From contig OZ024747.1 in the NCBI GenBank assembly GCA_964016885.1, forward strand, positions 51,832,001-51,896,000: a stretch of 64,000 nt of DNA, in the 5' to 3' direction. The position numbers were made by a program, and so were the translations under genes. Position 1 is the first letter of the stretch; each line of letters opens with the position of its first letter. Shown one piece after another: positions 1 to 13,410 of the stretch. The stretch comes from Eledone cirrhosa. Its lineage: Eukaryota. The notes beneath the pieces are model-generated. The model had not been told where the DNA came from. It saw only the letters and a list, made by a program, of their open reading frames with translations, and searched no databases.

Positions 1-16
1 CTGCGGGCAAAAAATT

Positions 17-1255
17 GTGAGGGTCAAACTGACCCACGTCCCCCCCCCCCCCCCCGGAATGGCCCCTTCTTGGCTGGCCGCGTCTGTCCTCGTCGGAATC
101 GAGGACAAAACAACTGTACTGCAAGTACAGAAAAAAGTAAGAGAAGGTTGGGTAGGCACCTCCATTGAGATGCTAATCCAAACCAACCAGGAGTGCATCG
201 AAGCTATCCCGGATGTGATAGACTTCGATAACGGCATTCAACTGCCCATAAGTGTTGAGGGCAAACGCCCGAAATGCTTTCGCTGTGGATCGAAGACTCA
301 CCTCAGGGCCTTCTGCAACGAGAAGACCCTGAGAAAGGAGAAAACCCCCCTCCTTCCGAATCCGGCTCCACGGCTACCAGCAACAGGACAAGCGGCAACC
401 AGGAACGATAGGTCCGTGGCACCCATACCCACTCCACGGAAATCAAAAACAGCAGCAGCAGTGGAAATATTAACAACAACAACAGCAATACCAAATGCAG
501 CTGCAACAGAGACTCCAGTGCAAACATCACCAACAACAACAAGTGAAAGAGTGGAGCTGGTACCCCTCCCCGACCTCACAGAATCAGACATGGAGTGTGA
601 GGTGGGAGAGGGATGGCAAAAGGTCGTAAGAAGGCACAAACGCAGAAGCAGCGCATCGTCGCCTTTGAAAAGGGAGGAAAGAAATGAGAAAAGGGTAAAG
701 TCTACTGCAAAGAGACCCACAGCAGCAACACCACCAACACCATCACCACCCACACTAGCACCACCATCACCACCGGCGACAACCCCACCGCCAACAACAC
801 CTTCAACACCACCACCACAAGCACCAACATCGCAAACACAACAACAAAACACATACACCCAGCAACAACGACAAGAAAATAGCAGAACCACACCCCACCC
901 CCAGAAAAACAAATGCACGGCAATAAATACACACAACAAGAAACTAATGACTTACATAATTGAACACACAGACATTTCACAACAGGACTACATAATACCA
1001 GCACCAATCAAAACACCAACTAACATAAGACTGCTAAAAATAGCACAGAAACAATACACAAACATTAAAACGAAATTCCCCAACGCAGTTGGTGATTTCA
1101 GGGACCTAGGAGGAACCATCAATCGAAGAGTATATTCAGACATTCTCTTAGAAGAGCCGACGACCAGCCGAAGGGACGATTCAACGGTCCCTTCACCAGA
1201 CGATCAAGTGAAAAGGGATGTAAAAACCATCCCTCCTCTACCAAAAGTACGGTAA
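17..1255 (+). CDS. LINE ORF1 (gag-like nucleic-acid-binding protein), probably N-terminally incomplete
   Basis: CX2CX4HX4C knuckle CFRCGSKTHLRAFC, a 'GWQKVVRRHKRR' basic motif and a Pro/Thr-rich linker. It lies directly upstream of ORF2. Confidence 0.85.
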   Translation: MRVKLTHVPPPPPGMAPSWLAASVLVGIEDKTTVLQVQKKVREGWVGTSIEMLIQTNQECIEAIPDVIDFDNGIQLPISVEGKRPKCFRCGSKTHLRAFCNEKTLRKEKTPLLPNPAPRLPATGQAATRNDRSVAPIPTPRKSKTAAAVEILTTTTAIPNAAATETPVQTSPTTTSERVELVPLPDLTESDMECEVGEGWQKVVRRHKRRSSASSPLKREERNEKRVKSTAKRPTAATPPTPSPPTLAPPSPPATTPPPTTPSTPPPQAPTSQTQQQNTYTQQQRQENSRTTPHPQKNKCTAINTHNKKLMTYIIEHTDISQQDYIIPAPIKTPTNIRLLKIAQKQYTNIKTKFPNAVGDFRDLGGTINRRVYSDILLEEPTTSRRDDSTVPSPDDQVKRDVKTIPPLPKVR

Positions 1256-1290
1256 GTGGTCTTTCCCATCTTTTCCACTCTATTTTAAAC

Positions 1291-4200
1291 ATGACCTCAC
1301 TCAGAATAGGCAGCATAAATGCGCGTGGCTTGGGGTCGTCATAGAAGCAGGGTCACATGCTCAACGACCTCAGGTCACTAAACATAGATGTAGTGGCCAT
1401 CAGCACCAGAATCTCCGAAGCACGGGCCTTCGCACCGATCTTCGGCGGCTACGATGTGTACGCATCTCCCAGCCGTCCTGGATCCGGTGGAGGAGTTGCT
1501 GTGCTTTTTCGGAGAGGTTTGGATCTCGCCATACGGGCCATCTTCCTGGACCCAGAGGGTAAGCTGGTGGTGCTGGACGTGACCAGCGGAGACGGGCAAG
1601 CTTTCAGGCTAGTGGCCGTCTATGCCCCGACGGGAGCAGGGCGGCCTGATTTCTTCCGGCGTCTGGAGACCTTTCTTGGAACGTCCCGCTCTTTAGTGTT
1701 AGTGGGCGACTGGAACGGGATCTTAGATGCACGCTGGGACTGTGTGGGATTAGCGGATAGGGGTGGAGGGTGCAAGAGCCTCACCAACCTGCTCAGGCGT
1801 TTTGAACTGTCTGACAGGTACCGATTGGATTTCCCGAATGTGCCAATGTGGACTTGGACAAACCGCATAGGGTCATCCAGATCATATCTAGATAGAGTAT
1901 TTTGTAGAGAAATAGATAGGTCTAGCATAGGCTGTCCACAATTCAAGATAGTCAGCTACACGGACCACAAATTCGTGATCTGTGTGCTTGACTTAGATAG
2001 GCTTCATAGACGAGGACCCGGCTACTGGAAGCTAAACGCGTCCTTACCAGCGCGCAAGGCCTACAGAGACCGGATTAGCGAACTAGTTAAGCGGGCGTTG
2101 ACGGGGGCCATCGTCAACAACAAGTGGTGGTTTGCTCTGAAAAGAGCGATTAGAATAGAATCGATTAGGTTTAGTAAGGCTTTAGCAATAGAGAAAAATA
2201 GAGCAGAGGGAGAACTAGTTAGAAAATTAGACGAGGCGCTTAGCAAAGGCATTGCGACCGACGTGCTTGCGGCGAAATTGGCCCTTGACCAATTCTTCAA
2301 TGCAAAGCACGAAGGCTGCGTTGTCAGAGCAAGGGTGCGTGCTCTCAGACACGAGGGGACGAAAGCCGTTCAATGGGCCCGAGTGGCGGAGGCGCGTTGT
2401 GGCAACAAAGCCACGATCCGGTCTTTGGTGGACCACGACGGGCGCATGCTACTCGATCCCGGGCAAATGTGTGAAGCTTTTCAGCGACACTTCGCTCAGC
2501 TGTTCGGGGGCAGCGGTGGGCCGGGTAGAGGGATGGACTTTAGTGTCTACCTCGACGGACTGCCGCGGCTCTCGGCTACTGAGGCGAAGTGTTGCGAAAA
2601 GCCGATAACAGCCGCTGAAGTAAGGGAGGCAATGACTGGCTGCACAAGGGGTAAATCGCCTGGTTTGGATGGTCTGCCCTATGAACTTTACGTACAGATG
2701 CCAGACTTGTTCAGAGGCCTCTTGGCGGACGTCTACTGCAACTGGCAACAGAACGGGAGAATTCCCAGTTCTGTGAGCCGAGGAGCGGTGGCACTGCTGA
2801 GAAAGGATCCGAACAAGGGGGATAACAGACAATTTCCGGCCCATAACTCTGCTAAACACAGAGTTCAAGATTTTGGCCAAGGTGCTAGCAAAGAGGTTGG
2901 CGCTTGTCGTTGGTGGTCTGGTGGGAGAGGCGCAGACATGCGCCATTCCCGACAGATCCATCCACGACAACCTCCACCTCATGCGATACATCATAGAGAG
3001 GGTAGCTAAGGAACCTGGCACGGGTGGGTCCTTGATCAATTTAGATCAGTCGAAAGCTTTCGATAGGGTCGACCATCGTTACCTAGCGGCAGTCCTGAGG
3101 GCGGCTGGCTTTGGGCCCGTCTTCAGAGGCTGGATCGCTTCCATGCACAGCGACATCTGCTCTGTGCTGAGAGTGAACGGTCACCTGTCGGAACCGTTCA
3201 ACATCATGCGCTCGGTCCGCCAAGGATGTCCCCTCTCGTCCCTCTTGTACGTATTGACTCTCGAGCCATTACTGCACAAACTGGAGACGTTGAGGGGAGT
3301 CCCGCGCGAACTAGGATGCGGAAGATCCGTGTCAGCATATGCGGACGATGTCAACGTAGTGGTGTCGAACGCCAAACACATCGAGGCGATCGGCACTACA
3401 CTAAGAGAATACGAAGCGGTGACAGGAGCAATGATCAACCAGGAAAAGTCAGTGGGCCTGCAGCTCGGCACCTGGAGAGGCAGGTCCATGCCGTCCAACA
3501 GCGTCGTAGGACGCTGGACGGACGGACCGGTTAAATTGCTAGGGGTCTGGTTCGGTCCGGACCTCCAGACGGACAAAAACTGGGACGCGGTGACGAGCAG
3601 GGTGGCTTCTCTCACCCAGAAATGGGCGGAGAGGAAGCTATCCCTGAAAGGTCGAGCGGAGGTGGCTAACGCGTACATCGCGTCTGTCATCTGCTACCGC
3701 CTGACCGTCGTACCTTGTCCTAAGCCTCGCCTGACTGCGCTGGAGCGGTTGCTCTTTCGCTTTTTGTGGAAGGGACGTGCTCCGATGGTCAGGCGGTCCA
3801 TCTGTTGTCAACACCCGCTACGTGGAGGGCTGGGCATGCCGTGGCTGATGATGCGCAGGCACGCGCTCAGGCTACGACATCTCCACCTCTTCCTCGACGG
3901 TGATCAGGTGTGGTCGCCGTTTGCTAGGCGCGTATTTCCCCAGCTCGTTTCCTTGACGGAGCTGCAGTCCTGGGTCAAGCGAAGACCGAGAGGGAGCGCC
4001 TGAAGACTGGAATGTTTTCAGGCGCTCACAGCCCTCGACCAATCGGGCAATGTGATCGGTGGAAACTCCACCTCGGCGTTCTATAGAGGATTAGTGGAGG
4101 GTAAGAGCGACGACGTACTTGGGGAAACTCTAGGCGTCGACGAAAATCAACTAGCCAATCTCTTCGGAAGAACTTTCGGGCCGGGGCCTATGGACAACTT

Positions 4201-4705
4201 CCAGAAATCTCTGGCCTGGCAGTGCTACCGAGGAGCCTTGCCAGTTCGGGATAAACTCTACAGGCATGGAGGTGCCGTCAGCCGGGCATGTCCGAGATGC
4301 GCGCAGGGCGACGAAACCGTCCTGCACGCACTCGTCCAGTGTCCGAAAATTGCTGACTTGTGGGTTTATGTCGAACACCTGCTGTCGCGTTTAGGACGGA
4401 TCCGGCTATCACCTGAGTCCATCGTGAGGATTGCCCCGCCCTCCTCCTTTAGCCGGGAAGGGCAGGAAGTTTTTATCTGTCTGGTGGCCATGGCGAAAGA
4501 GATAGTATGGTGGACACGTTTGAAAGGGCTGAAGACGAGCACTTACCTCTTCGGTGATGCTCTGATTGACTTTTTCAAATTTCATTTGAAAAGGAAAATC
4601 AGAGTAGAGAGGGAAGTGCTCTCTTCCCAGCATTTTGTTGAAAGATGGGTGAGAGAAGCAAGAATGGCCCGAGTGAATGGGCCTACTCTGAGTATATATC
4701 TGTAA
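1291..4705 (+). pseudogene. LINE ORF2 (apurinic endonuclease, reverse transcriptase, Zn finger), disrupted
   Basis: Starts MTSLRIGSINARGL. APE motifs: VYAP, VGDWN, SYLDR, TDH. RT motifs: KSPGLDG, DQSKAFDRV, QGCPLS, YADD. C-terminal CPRC..ETVLHALVQC. Lesions: TAG at 1342-1344, frameshift near 2826, TGA at 4001-4003, and an apparently missing Glu in 'VAIS-TR'. Confidence 0.93.
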
Positions 4706-4953
4706 ATTAAAGGTGGAAAACTGGGAGAGGGCACTTGCCTTGGTGGTCAGGGTCATTGTGGCTTTTTACTGGGCTTTCTCCACAAATGTCCCTCCGAAGT
4801 CTGCCCCCTATTGGGGAATTTTTCATTGTTATTTTTTGTTACATCCTCTGTTTTTGTTTTTTACACGCAGAAATGCCCATTTGTACCGTCCTGCATTGTC
4901 CTGCACTGTCCTTAATGTCTACTTTATGTAAACCCTTGTGGTTAATAAAGAAA

Positions 4954-4955
<2 letters not shown>

Positions 4956-5012
<57 letters not shown>
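4956..5012 (+). repeat. (ATT)n microsatellite at the LINE 3' end
   Basis: Direct reading of the sequence. Confidence 0.95.
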
Positions 5013-5020
5013 GTTCTTCT

Positions 5021-5218
5021 GAGGGTGGTGAATTGGCAGTATCGGTAGAGGGTCGGACGTCATGGTTTGACGCATAGAGTTACGGCCCTTTATGATCTGA
5101 GTTCAAATCCCGCTGAGATTAACTTTGCCTTTCATCCTTACGGGGTCGATAAAATAAAGTACCAGTAATGTACTGGGTATTTGCTGGCCTTGTTCCAATA
5201 GTAGAAACAATTATTATT
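5021..5218 (+). mobile_element. tRNA-derived SINE with Nin/Deu-like central domain
   Basis: A box TGGCAGTATCGG, B box GAGTTCAAATCC, core GCCTTTCATCCTTACGGGGTCGATAAAATAAAGTACCAG and an (ATT) tail. About 15 copies occur in the window. Confidence 0.88.
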
Positions 5219-6540
5219 GTTGTTCTTTGAGTCTGAGTCATTGATGTTATGTAACTGGAAAGTTTGTTGAAATGAATATCAAGCCGCTACCTGCAGCCTC
5301 AGATATTCAGGACGTATCGGAGGGTTCCTGCTGTTCCCAGCAAGCATGCCTTTTGAAGTGTTCAAAAAAGTGGGGCTGGACTAATCTTCTTGAACCATCC
5401 TTGGAAACTCTTTGAGATAGTACCTAGTGCACCTATGCCAATCGGGACGGCCTTGATTTCATGGCAGTTCCAAATCCTTTTTAACTCCCACTTTAAGTTC
5501 TGGTATCGGTTAATTTTCTCCCTCTCCTTTTCTAGCACTCTCGTGTCAAATGGGCAGGCTACATCTACAATCAGGCACGATCTTCTTTCCTTGTCCAAAA
5601 CCACCAGGTCAGGTCTATTGTGTTCTAATTTCTTGTCCGTCTGTATCCTAAAATCCCACAGCACCTGAACCTGATCGTGTTCTATCACCGACTCTGGCTT
5701 ATGCTCATACCACTTCTCAGAATGTGGTAAATTGTTTACTTTGCGTAGATGCCAGTGGATCTCCCTGCCTATCACATCATGTCTCCAGCCTTTATAGTGA
5801 ATCTGGGCTAGGTGTTTACACTCGGATACAATGTGAGCCACAGTTTCCTCTCTCTCTCCACAGATCCTACACAGTGAGCTAGCCTCCTCCTTGTAATTAT
5901 GGTGCTTCACCCACTTCGTTCTGAGGGCTTGCTCTTGCGCAGCCATTAGCATTCCTTCTGTAGCTCTTTTAAGGTCTCCTCTTTTTAACCAGTTCCATGT
6001 CTGTGGATCTCTAAATTAAGTTTTCTTAATAAAAGTACTATAAAGGGATTTTTAATGAAGGTTGCTCTTCCTCCTTGTTGTTATTTCCTCCTTAGACATC
6101 CCCTAGTCTATTGTCTTCTCCTTCAGTACAATTTTGATCATTGGCTCCCTACTGTCAGTCATATATTTGTGCAGGTTGTTTTTCTCCATCTGAACACAGT
6201 CCTCTATGCTGATAAGACCTCTTCCACCTTCAGATCTCCTTAAGTAGAGACTATCGACATCACTCCTCTTGTGGAACATGTAGATAGTCAATAACTTCCT
6301 AGTCTTCCTATCCATTTCTTTTTGTTCAGCAACATTCCATTTCAGAATTGCCGCCCTGTACCTAATAATAGACACAGCTCGGGATTTCACTGTACTTATG
6401 ACATTCCTACTACTTAGATGTGATTTTAATACCCTGCTTACTCTCCTTATGTACTCAGATCTTATCAATTCCTTCATTTTTTTGTTCTTGATGTCATCTG
6501 CCTCCAGAACACCTAAATATTTGCATCGCTCTTCAGTGTC
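5219..6540 (-). mobile_element. 5'-truncated R4/Dong-type non-LTR retrotransposon (RT thumb, CCHC, restriction-like endonuclease), decayed
   Basis: ORF pieces 6103-6477 (GGRGLISIED) and 5362-5952 (AAQEQALRT, CRICG..ETVAHIVSEC, RHD, RPDLVVLD..IVDVACP..EKINRY), plus a frameshifted tail LQKACLLGTAGTLRYVLNI*. Confidence 0.87.
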
Positions 6541-6722
6541 AATCGCTGCTTTACCCCTTAACGGGATTTTCTGAAACTCGTTAAGGGTGAAACCAGCGAT
6601 TTTTTGCTTAAACTTTAATCTGATATTTTAATAAATATTTGCTCTATGGTTTTATATATTTTGATATATATCTTATCCTTATCGAGCCCTCTTCGAATTT
6701 TAGTCTTCACATTTATTATTAT

Positions 6723-6726
<4 letters not shown>
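6541..6726 (+). mobile_element. Short fold-back element, CAGAAGA-core HHR family (PLE pseudo-LTR-like)
   Basis: 6541-6577 is an inverted copy of the downstream CGTTAAGGGTGAAA..CAGCGAT segment. Related copies lie at 31174-31338, 43802-43870, 59493-59670 and 61548-61641. It ends in (TA)n. Confidence 0.7.
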
Positions 6727-6768
<42 letters not shown>

Positions 6769-7031
6769 AATTCAAAGGGTATATATAATTAGACATAGTC
6801 ACAGATACATATATGAGTTTGGCAACCATTCACGGTGTGGCTCAAAGAAGAATTAATTAAATAAGTATTAATCAGAGCTATATATAAAAATGTAAGTCCA
6901 AAGAATCATTAGATAAAATATATACAGTATTTTCTCTCCCAATCAGTATAAATTAACCAGATAAAAAATTATTTAAACGAGGCTATAAGTTTAAAATGTA
7001 CTTATGAAGAAATGAGAGACAAATGATACAG

Positions 7032-7119
<88 letters not shown>

Positions 7120-7302
7120 AAAGTTAAATAAGGTTCAATGAATACATCAAAGAATAAGTTTTACAATAGATTGGAAGCACTCAACTGTTAAGGTTTTTCA
7201 GAGTTATTAATATTAATTCAAAATATTAACAAAATAGATATATTATGACTACCATGACTGAATCTTAACCGTCTACTATGTCAGGGTATGTCATGCATCA
7301 TC

Positions 7303-7370
7303 TTATTTTATCTGATGAGGACGTACTGTTGAACTTAACTCAGTACCTCTGAAATATGTATAATAAAATA
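7303..7370 (+). ncRNA. Type I hammerhead-like motif inside an inverted repeat (arms about 7210-7242 and 7386-7415)
   Basis: CTGATGA - GTACTG/CAGTAC stem II - GAAA-TATG-TA. Stem I is weak and AT-rich. Confidence 0.55.
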
Positions 7371-7410
7371 TAATTGATCACAAGAATATCTATTTTGTTA
7401 ATATTTTGAA

Positions 7411-7446
<36 letters not shown>

Positions 7447-7684
7447 AAGGGAACGCGCGAAGGCTTCAAGAACATCACCTTTGTACGTTCCCTTGTCGCT
7501 TTAATTTGGATTGCCTCGGGAACGTAACCTTTTTATGTAAGATGCTGTCTGATGAGATCATGGCACAGAGTACGTGGAAACACGTAGCCACTGGCGTCAT
7601 TGAAATATGCATCATGGGCTTATCAATAAAGGATTTTAACATCTGAAACTACTTCGCATATTTTCTTATTGAATATATATATAT

Positions 7685-7813
<129 letters not shown>

Positions 7814-7926
7814 CAAAGAAAGTGTGGTAAGAAACCAGGTGGACGATAACGCACCTGAGTACTCGATACTTCGGGTAGTAGAGTGGGTAATAGAAAAATT
7901 AGCAGTAGTAAAAGTAGTAGTAGTAA

Positions 7927-7967
<41 letters not shown>

Positions 7968-8002
7968 ATAGTAGTAAAAGTAGTAGTAGTAGTAGTAGTA
8001 GC

Positions 8003-8065
<63 letters not shown>

Positions 8066-8769
8066 TTTTTAAAAAAAAATAATTTAAAATATATTCCATA
8101 TGTTTTAAACGAAGAATGTATTAAGTTTCTAAACAGTGTTCCAATACCAATTGCATTGCATCTACATATATAACAGTAATATATGTTTATACATAGTAAT
8201 GTAAACTTAGTTGAAAAATCATATCATAAAATATATTACATATGTTTCAAATGAGACATTTATTAAGTTTTTAAATAGTGTATACACATTTCTGTTTATT
8301 AAACTCTAAATAGATGACGACCAATATTTCAAGTAGCCTCTGTATTTGTTTTGCTTTTTTGCATATTTGAAAATTAACCCCATATTTCAGGGCTTCAAAC
8401 GTCAATAAAGAAAAGGGAACCTCATAGTAAATATGGGTCCACGCAAGGTCTATTGATTATGATATATTTGTTTTATCCTGATTTATATCCTCCCCTCATC
8501 CTTTTCCTCCTCTTCCTATTTTTTCTACAGCTCCCAACTCTGGATGTTTTCCAATATTTCATTCCGTTTATTATTTTCCTCAAACCCCACCTCGAACCTG
8601 CCCTGTTCCCGCCAAAGGAACAAACAAGACAAAAGATCTTCCTTATAATGGATTAGTGTAAGGTCTACCGGGGGTCACGTTAATTATTGGGCAGAGGTGG
8701 GGTGGGGTAGGGAAAGGTTTGGGATGGGGAGAGGTGTGAAGGTGGAGTGATTCTTTGATGTTATAGTTG

Positions 8770-9245
8770 TTGTGGTGATGCTTGATGGGGATGGTGTTGG
8801 GGTGGGTGATGGTGCTTGTAGTGCTGATGGTGGTGATGGTGGTTGTGTTGGTGGCTGTGGTGTTGAATGTGTTGTTAGTGGTGTTGGGTCTGGTACTGGT
8901 AGTGGTGTTGAGGATAGTGATGTTGATGATGGTGGTGGTTGTGGTGATGGTGATGGTGCTGATACTTGTAGTGGGGAGGGTGGTGATGATGGGTGTGTTG
9001 GTAGTTATACGGTTGATGGTGGTGGTGGTGGTGATGGCGATGGTGGTGATGGTGGTTGTGGTAGTACTGTTGTTCGTGGTCGTGCTGGTGTTGATGGTGG
9101 TAGTGATGGTGTGTTCATGTCATTCAAGGAAAGGGGTTTGACGATCATTGTGTTGATGCTGATGATGGTGGCGTGTTGGTGGCGGTGACATTGCTGGGGA
9201 GGGTGATGATGATGATACAAGCGTTTTTGTTGGTGGTGGTATTGT
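8770..9245. repeat. Degenerate (GGT/GAT)n low-complexity region
   Basis: Direct reading; the ORFs here are compositional artefacts. Confidence 0.9.
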
Positions 9246-9914
9246 TCGGAATGGCATGCCTAATTTCAAAATTGCCTTGAATTTCTTAGTAGTGCGGCCC
9301 ACCTTATGATTAGCCACATCCTATGGGGCCTGTGTCTGGTTTAGTCAGGAAGGAAAGGACAGAATCCATGACTCTATATTATCATGGCCTTCAAAACTGG
9401 TGCGAGGGAGGAACGGAGGAAGATATTTCAAACCAGAAATATTACTCAAATGCTTCCAATCGAGTGGAGTCTGTTAAAGACACCTGGGATCCATGTAGTA
9501 AAAGTTAAACCGGATGACGGTTTATGTCTTTAACCAAAGTAGGCCATATAAGAATTTAAACTTGGATCAAAAAGAGCCGAAACAAATACCGCAAGGTATC
9601 TTACCAAAGGGTCTACCAACACTGTTAATCCTCTGTCCAGCACTGGTAATTTATTGACCCCAAAAGGATGTCAAGCAAAGTTGACTCTGCTGCGATTTGA
9701 ACCGAAAAGGCACAGAGAGAGCCGTGACAAATATAAAGAAGCATTATATCAAGCGTTTTAATAAAGCTGCCAATTGGTTTTCTGTAGAGATTGAAGTGTT
9801 GTGGGAAAGGATATAGACTGATATAGTCAGTTTTTTTGTATTGATGGTGGGGCTCTGTATTATAAGTTGTGTGCTGGGATGGTGGTATATTGGCGATGTG
9901 GTTAGCGTGCTTAT

Positions 9915-10480
9915 AGTGGTGTGTTGTAGTGTGGTGTAGTGTAGTGTGGTGTGGCATGGTGTGGTGTGGTATGGTGTAAAGTGGTGTGGTGTGGTGTAGT
10001 GAAGTGTAGTGTGGTGTGGTGAGGTGTGGGGCGGTGGGATGTGATATGGTGTGGTATGGTGTAGTGCGGTGTGGTGTGGTATGGTGTGGTGTGGTGTAGT
10101 GTGGTGTGGTGTAGTGTGGTGTAGTGTAGTGTGGTATGGTGTAGTGTGGTGTGGTATGGTGTAGTGTGGTGTAGTATGATGTGGTGTGGTTGGTCCTTCA
10201 TCTGAAGTAGATTTGTTTCTGGAGAGGCAATGTGGTGTGATATTTGTGACGCTGCCATGGTGTAGCGTCGTAGATGCAATGTGGTGTGGTGTAGTGTAGT
10301 GTCGTGTGGTGTGGTGTGGTTTGGTGAGGTGTAGTGTGGTGTGGTGTAGTGTCGTGTCGTATCGTGTTGTGAGGTGTGGTGTGGTGTGATGTAGTATGAT
10401 GTGGTGTAGTATGGTGTATCGTGGTGGTGTGCTGGTGGTGTGTCATGCGTTGTGGTGTAGTGCGGTGCGGTGTGCTGGTG
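9915..10480. repeat. (GTGTG/GTGTA) pentanucleotide satellite
   Basis: Direct reading of the sequence. Confidence 0.9.
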
Positions 10481-11014
10481 AGATAGATTGTGTAGTGGTG
10501 ACGGTGGTTAATGTCACAGAACATTCCAAAAGTATATGAAAAATCACGTTGACATATTTCCTAAAACAATAATTCAAACCCCGCTAAACCCCGACTCCAC
10601 TAGAGCTAGGCTCCATCCACCCTCTCTAACCTATATACAGTGAAATATCTATGTTCCCTCTACCCATTCCCCACTAACCGTAACACTCTCCACTATATTT
10701 CACATTCTTCCCTTCCCCCGTGTCACAACGCCACTCACTGCCTCGTACTCACCACCACTAACACTGCCACCATCACAACCAAACACAACAGCAACTCTAA
10801 CATCAGTAACAACAACACAACTTATTACCATCACCACCACCGCCACCACTACCACCATTAACAACAAAACCATCACCATCACCATCACAACCAAAAACAA
10901 TACCAACAACACTAACACAACCTACTACTATCACCACTACCGCCACCACCACCACCATTAAAAACAAAAACAACACCATCAACACCAACACTTCCAACAA
11001 CAACACCACCAACA

Positions 11015-11865
11015 CAACCAACTACACTGCAAACAACAACACCACCAACATTACCAACTATACTGTCAACAACACCAACAACACTACTACTAACTACACT
11101 GTCAACAACAACACCAACAACAACACCAACAACACTACTACCAACTACACTGTGAACAACAACACCACTAACACTGCCAACTACACTGTGAACAACAACA
11201 CCACCAACATTACCAACTACACTGTCAACAACAACACCACCATCACTACCAACTACACTGTCAACAACACCAACACCAACACTACCAATTACACTGTCAA
11301 CAACAACACCACCAACACTACCAACTACACTGTCAAAAACAACACCAACAACACTACCAACTACACTGTCAACAACACCACCACCAACACTACCAACTAC
11401 ACTGTCAACAACACCACCAACACTACCAACTACACTGTCAACACCACCACCACCAACACTACCAACTACACTGTCAACAACAATACCCAACTACACTGTC
11501 AACAACAACGCCACCAATACTACCAACTACACTGTCAACAACAACACCAACAACAATACTACCAACACTACCAACTACACTGTCAACAACAACACCAACA
11601 ACACTACCAACTACACTGTCAACAACAACACCAACAACACTACAAACTACACTGTCAACAACAACACCACCAATACTACCAACTACACTGTCAACAACAA
11701 CACCACCAACATTACCAACTACACTGTCAAAAACAACACCACCAACACTACCAACTACACTGTCAACAACACCACCAACACTACCAACTACACTGTCAAC
11801 AACAACACCACCAACACTACAAACTACACTGTCAACAACAACACTACTACCAACTACACTGCAAA
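11015..11865 (+). repeat. Minisatellite, unit about 27-39 bp with core ACTACCAACTACACTGTCAACAAC
   Basis: More than 20 tandem units; unit length varies through (AAC)/(ACC) triplets. Confidence 0.92.
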
Positions 11866-12332
11866 CAGCTACAACAAGAACACCTTTACAACTATTAGTG
11901 GTATCAACAATACTAACACGTTAAGTAGCCTCACCAACAACACCAACAGCACCAACAGCACCACTAACACCAACATTGTCACCTACACTACCACCACAAC
12001 CCAACAGCAACAACAACAATAACCAGCTTCACCACTACCATCCATACCACCAATAACACCATCACCATTACTAACAGTACCAATACCAACGTGACCTCCA
12101 GCAACCAACACTACCATCACCACCATCATATTCATCACTAATACCAATACCTAAACAAATCACTAACTCCACCACCATTACCATCACCACCACTACCATC
12201 ACTACTACTACCATCACCCCCACTATATTCACCACTAACACAACCACCACTACCATTGCAACTGCTACCTACTCCACAACCACTAACACCCTCATCACCA
12301 ACACCAACACTACAACTATCACCACACAATTA

Positions 12333-12436
12333 GAGGTTAACTTTGCCTTTCATCCTTACGGGGTCGATAAAATAAAGTACCAGTAATGTACTGGGGTAAT
12401 TTGCTGGCCTTGTGCCAAAAGTAGAAACAATTATTA
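12333..12436 (+). mobile_element. 5'-truncated Nin/Deu-domain SINE
   Basis: Matches the 3' half of the SINE at 5021-5218. Confidence 0.85.
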
Positions 12437-13410
12437 CCACCCTCACCACCACCACCACCATTACCACCACAACCAACACCAACACTACAACCATCACCAC
12501 AGCATTATTACCACCCATACCACCACCATCACCACCACCATCACTATTACCACCACCACCATCACCGCACTACCACCACAACAACAACCAACACCAACAC
12601 TACAACCCTTACCACAGCATTATTAGCAACCACCACCACCACCACCATTACCACCACCATCACCACCACCGCCGCCACCACCCACACTACCACCACTATC
12701 CTCATTACCACCACCACCATCACCACTACTACCACCAGCAGCACCACCACCATTACCACCACCATTACCACCACCACCACCACCACCCACATCACCACCA
12801 CCACCCACATTACCACCACCACCATTACCACCACCACCCACATTACCACCTCCACCATTACCACCACCACCACCCACACCACCACTACCACCACCACCCA
12901 CATTACCACCACCACCACCATAACCACTACCACCACCAGCAGCACCACCACCATTACCCCCACCACCACCCACATCACCACCCACACCACCACCACCACC
13001 CACATTACCACCACCACCCACATTACCACCATTACCATTACCACCACCACCCACATTACCACCACCACCATTACCACCACCACAACAACAATAACAACCA
13101 ACACCAACACTACAACTATCACCACAGCATTATCAGCAACCACCACCACCATCACAACCACCCTTACCACCACCACCCATACCACTATCACCATTACCAC
13201 CACCCAGACTACCACCACCACCACCACCATTACCATCACCACCACCACCACCACCACCATTACCCCCCCTCATTACCACCACCACCACCACCACCCATAC
13301 CACCACCATTACCACCACCACCATTACCACCACCACCATTACCACCACCACCACCACCATTACCATCACCACCACCACCACCACCCATACCACCTACACT
13401 ACCACAACTC
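12437..13410. repeat. (CAC/CAT/TAC)n trinucleotide low-complexity array
   Basis: Direct reading; it produces the poly-His/Pro ORF artefact. Confidence 0.9.

Larger units (their letters stand above)
1..4955 (+). mobile_element. L1/Tx1-clade non-LTR retrotransposon, near full length, inactivated; 5' end probably outside the window
   Basis: ORF1 has a CCHC knuckle. ORF2 has APE, RT and a C-terminal Zn finger. The 3' UTR has AATAAA at 4944-4949 and runs into (ATT)n. The region is GC-rich relative to its flanks. Confidence 0.93.

Noticed and set aside
298-4756. Antisense and alternate-frame ORFs over the LINE
   Set aside because: They are shadow ORFs of GC-rich retrotransposon coding sequence with no recognisable motifs.
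5021-5112. SINE heads as tRNA genes
   Set aside because: A and B boxes are present but there is no cloverleaf, and each head is fused to the SINE body.
11152-11898. 248-aa ORF with TNYTVNN / QHYQLHCQQ repeats resembling a mucin or structural protein
   Set aside because: It is the translation of a minisatellite. The reading frame of the repeat switches mid-array near 11485, and there is no signal peptide or splice evidence.
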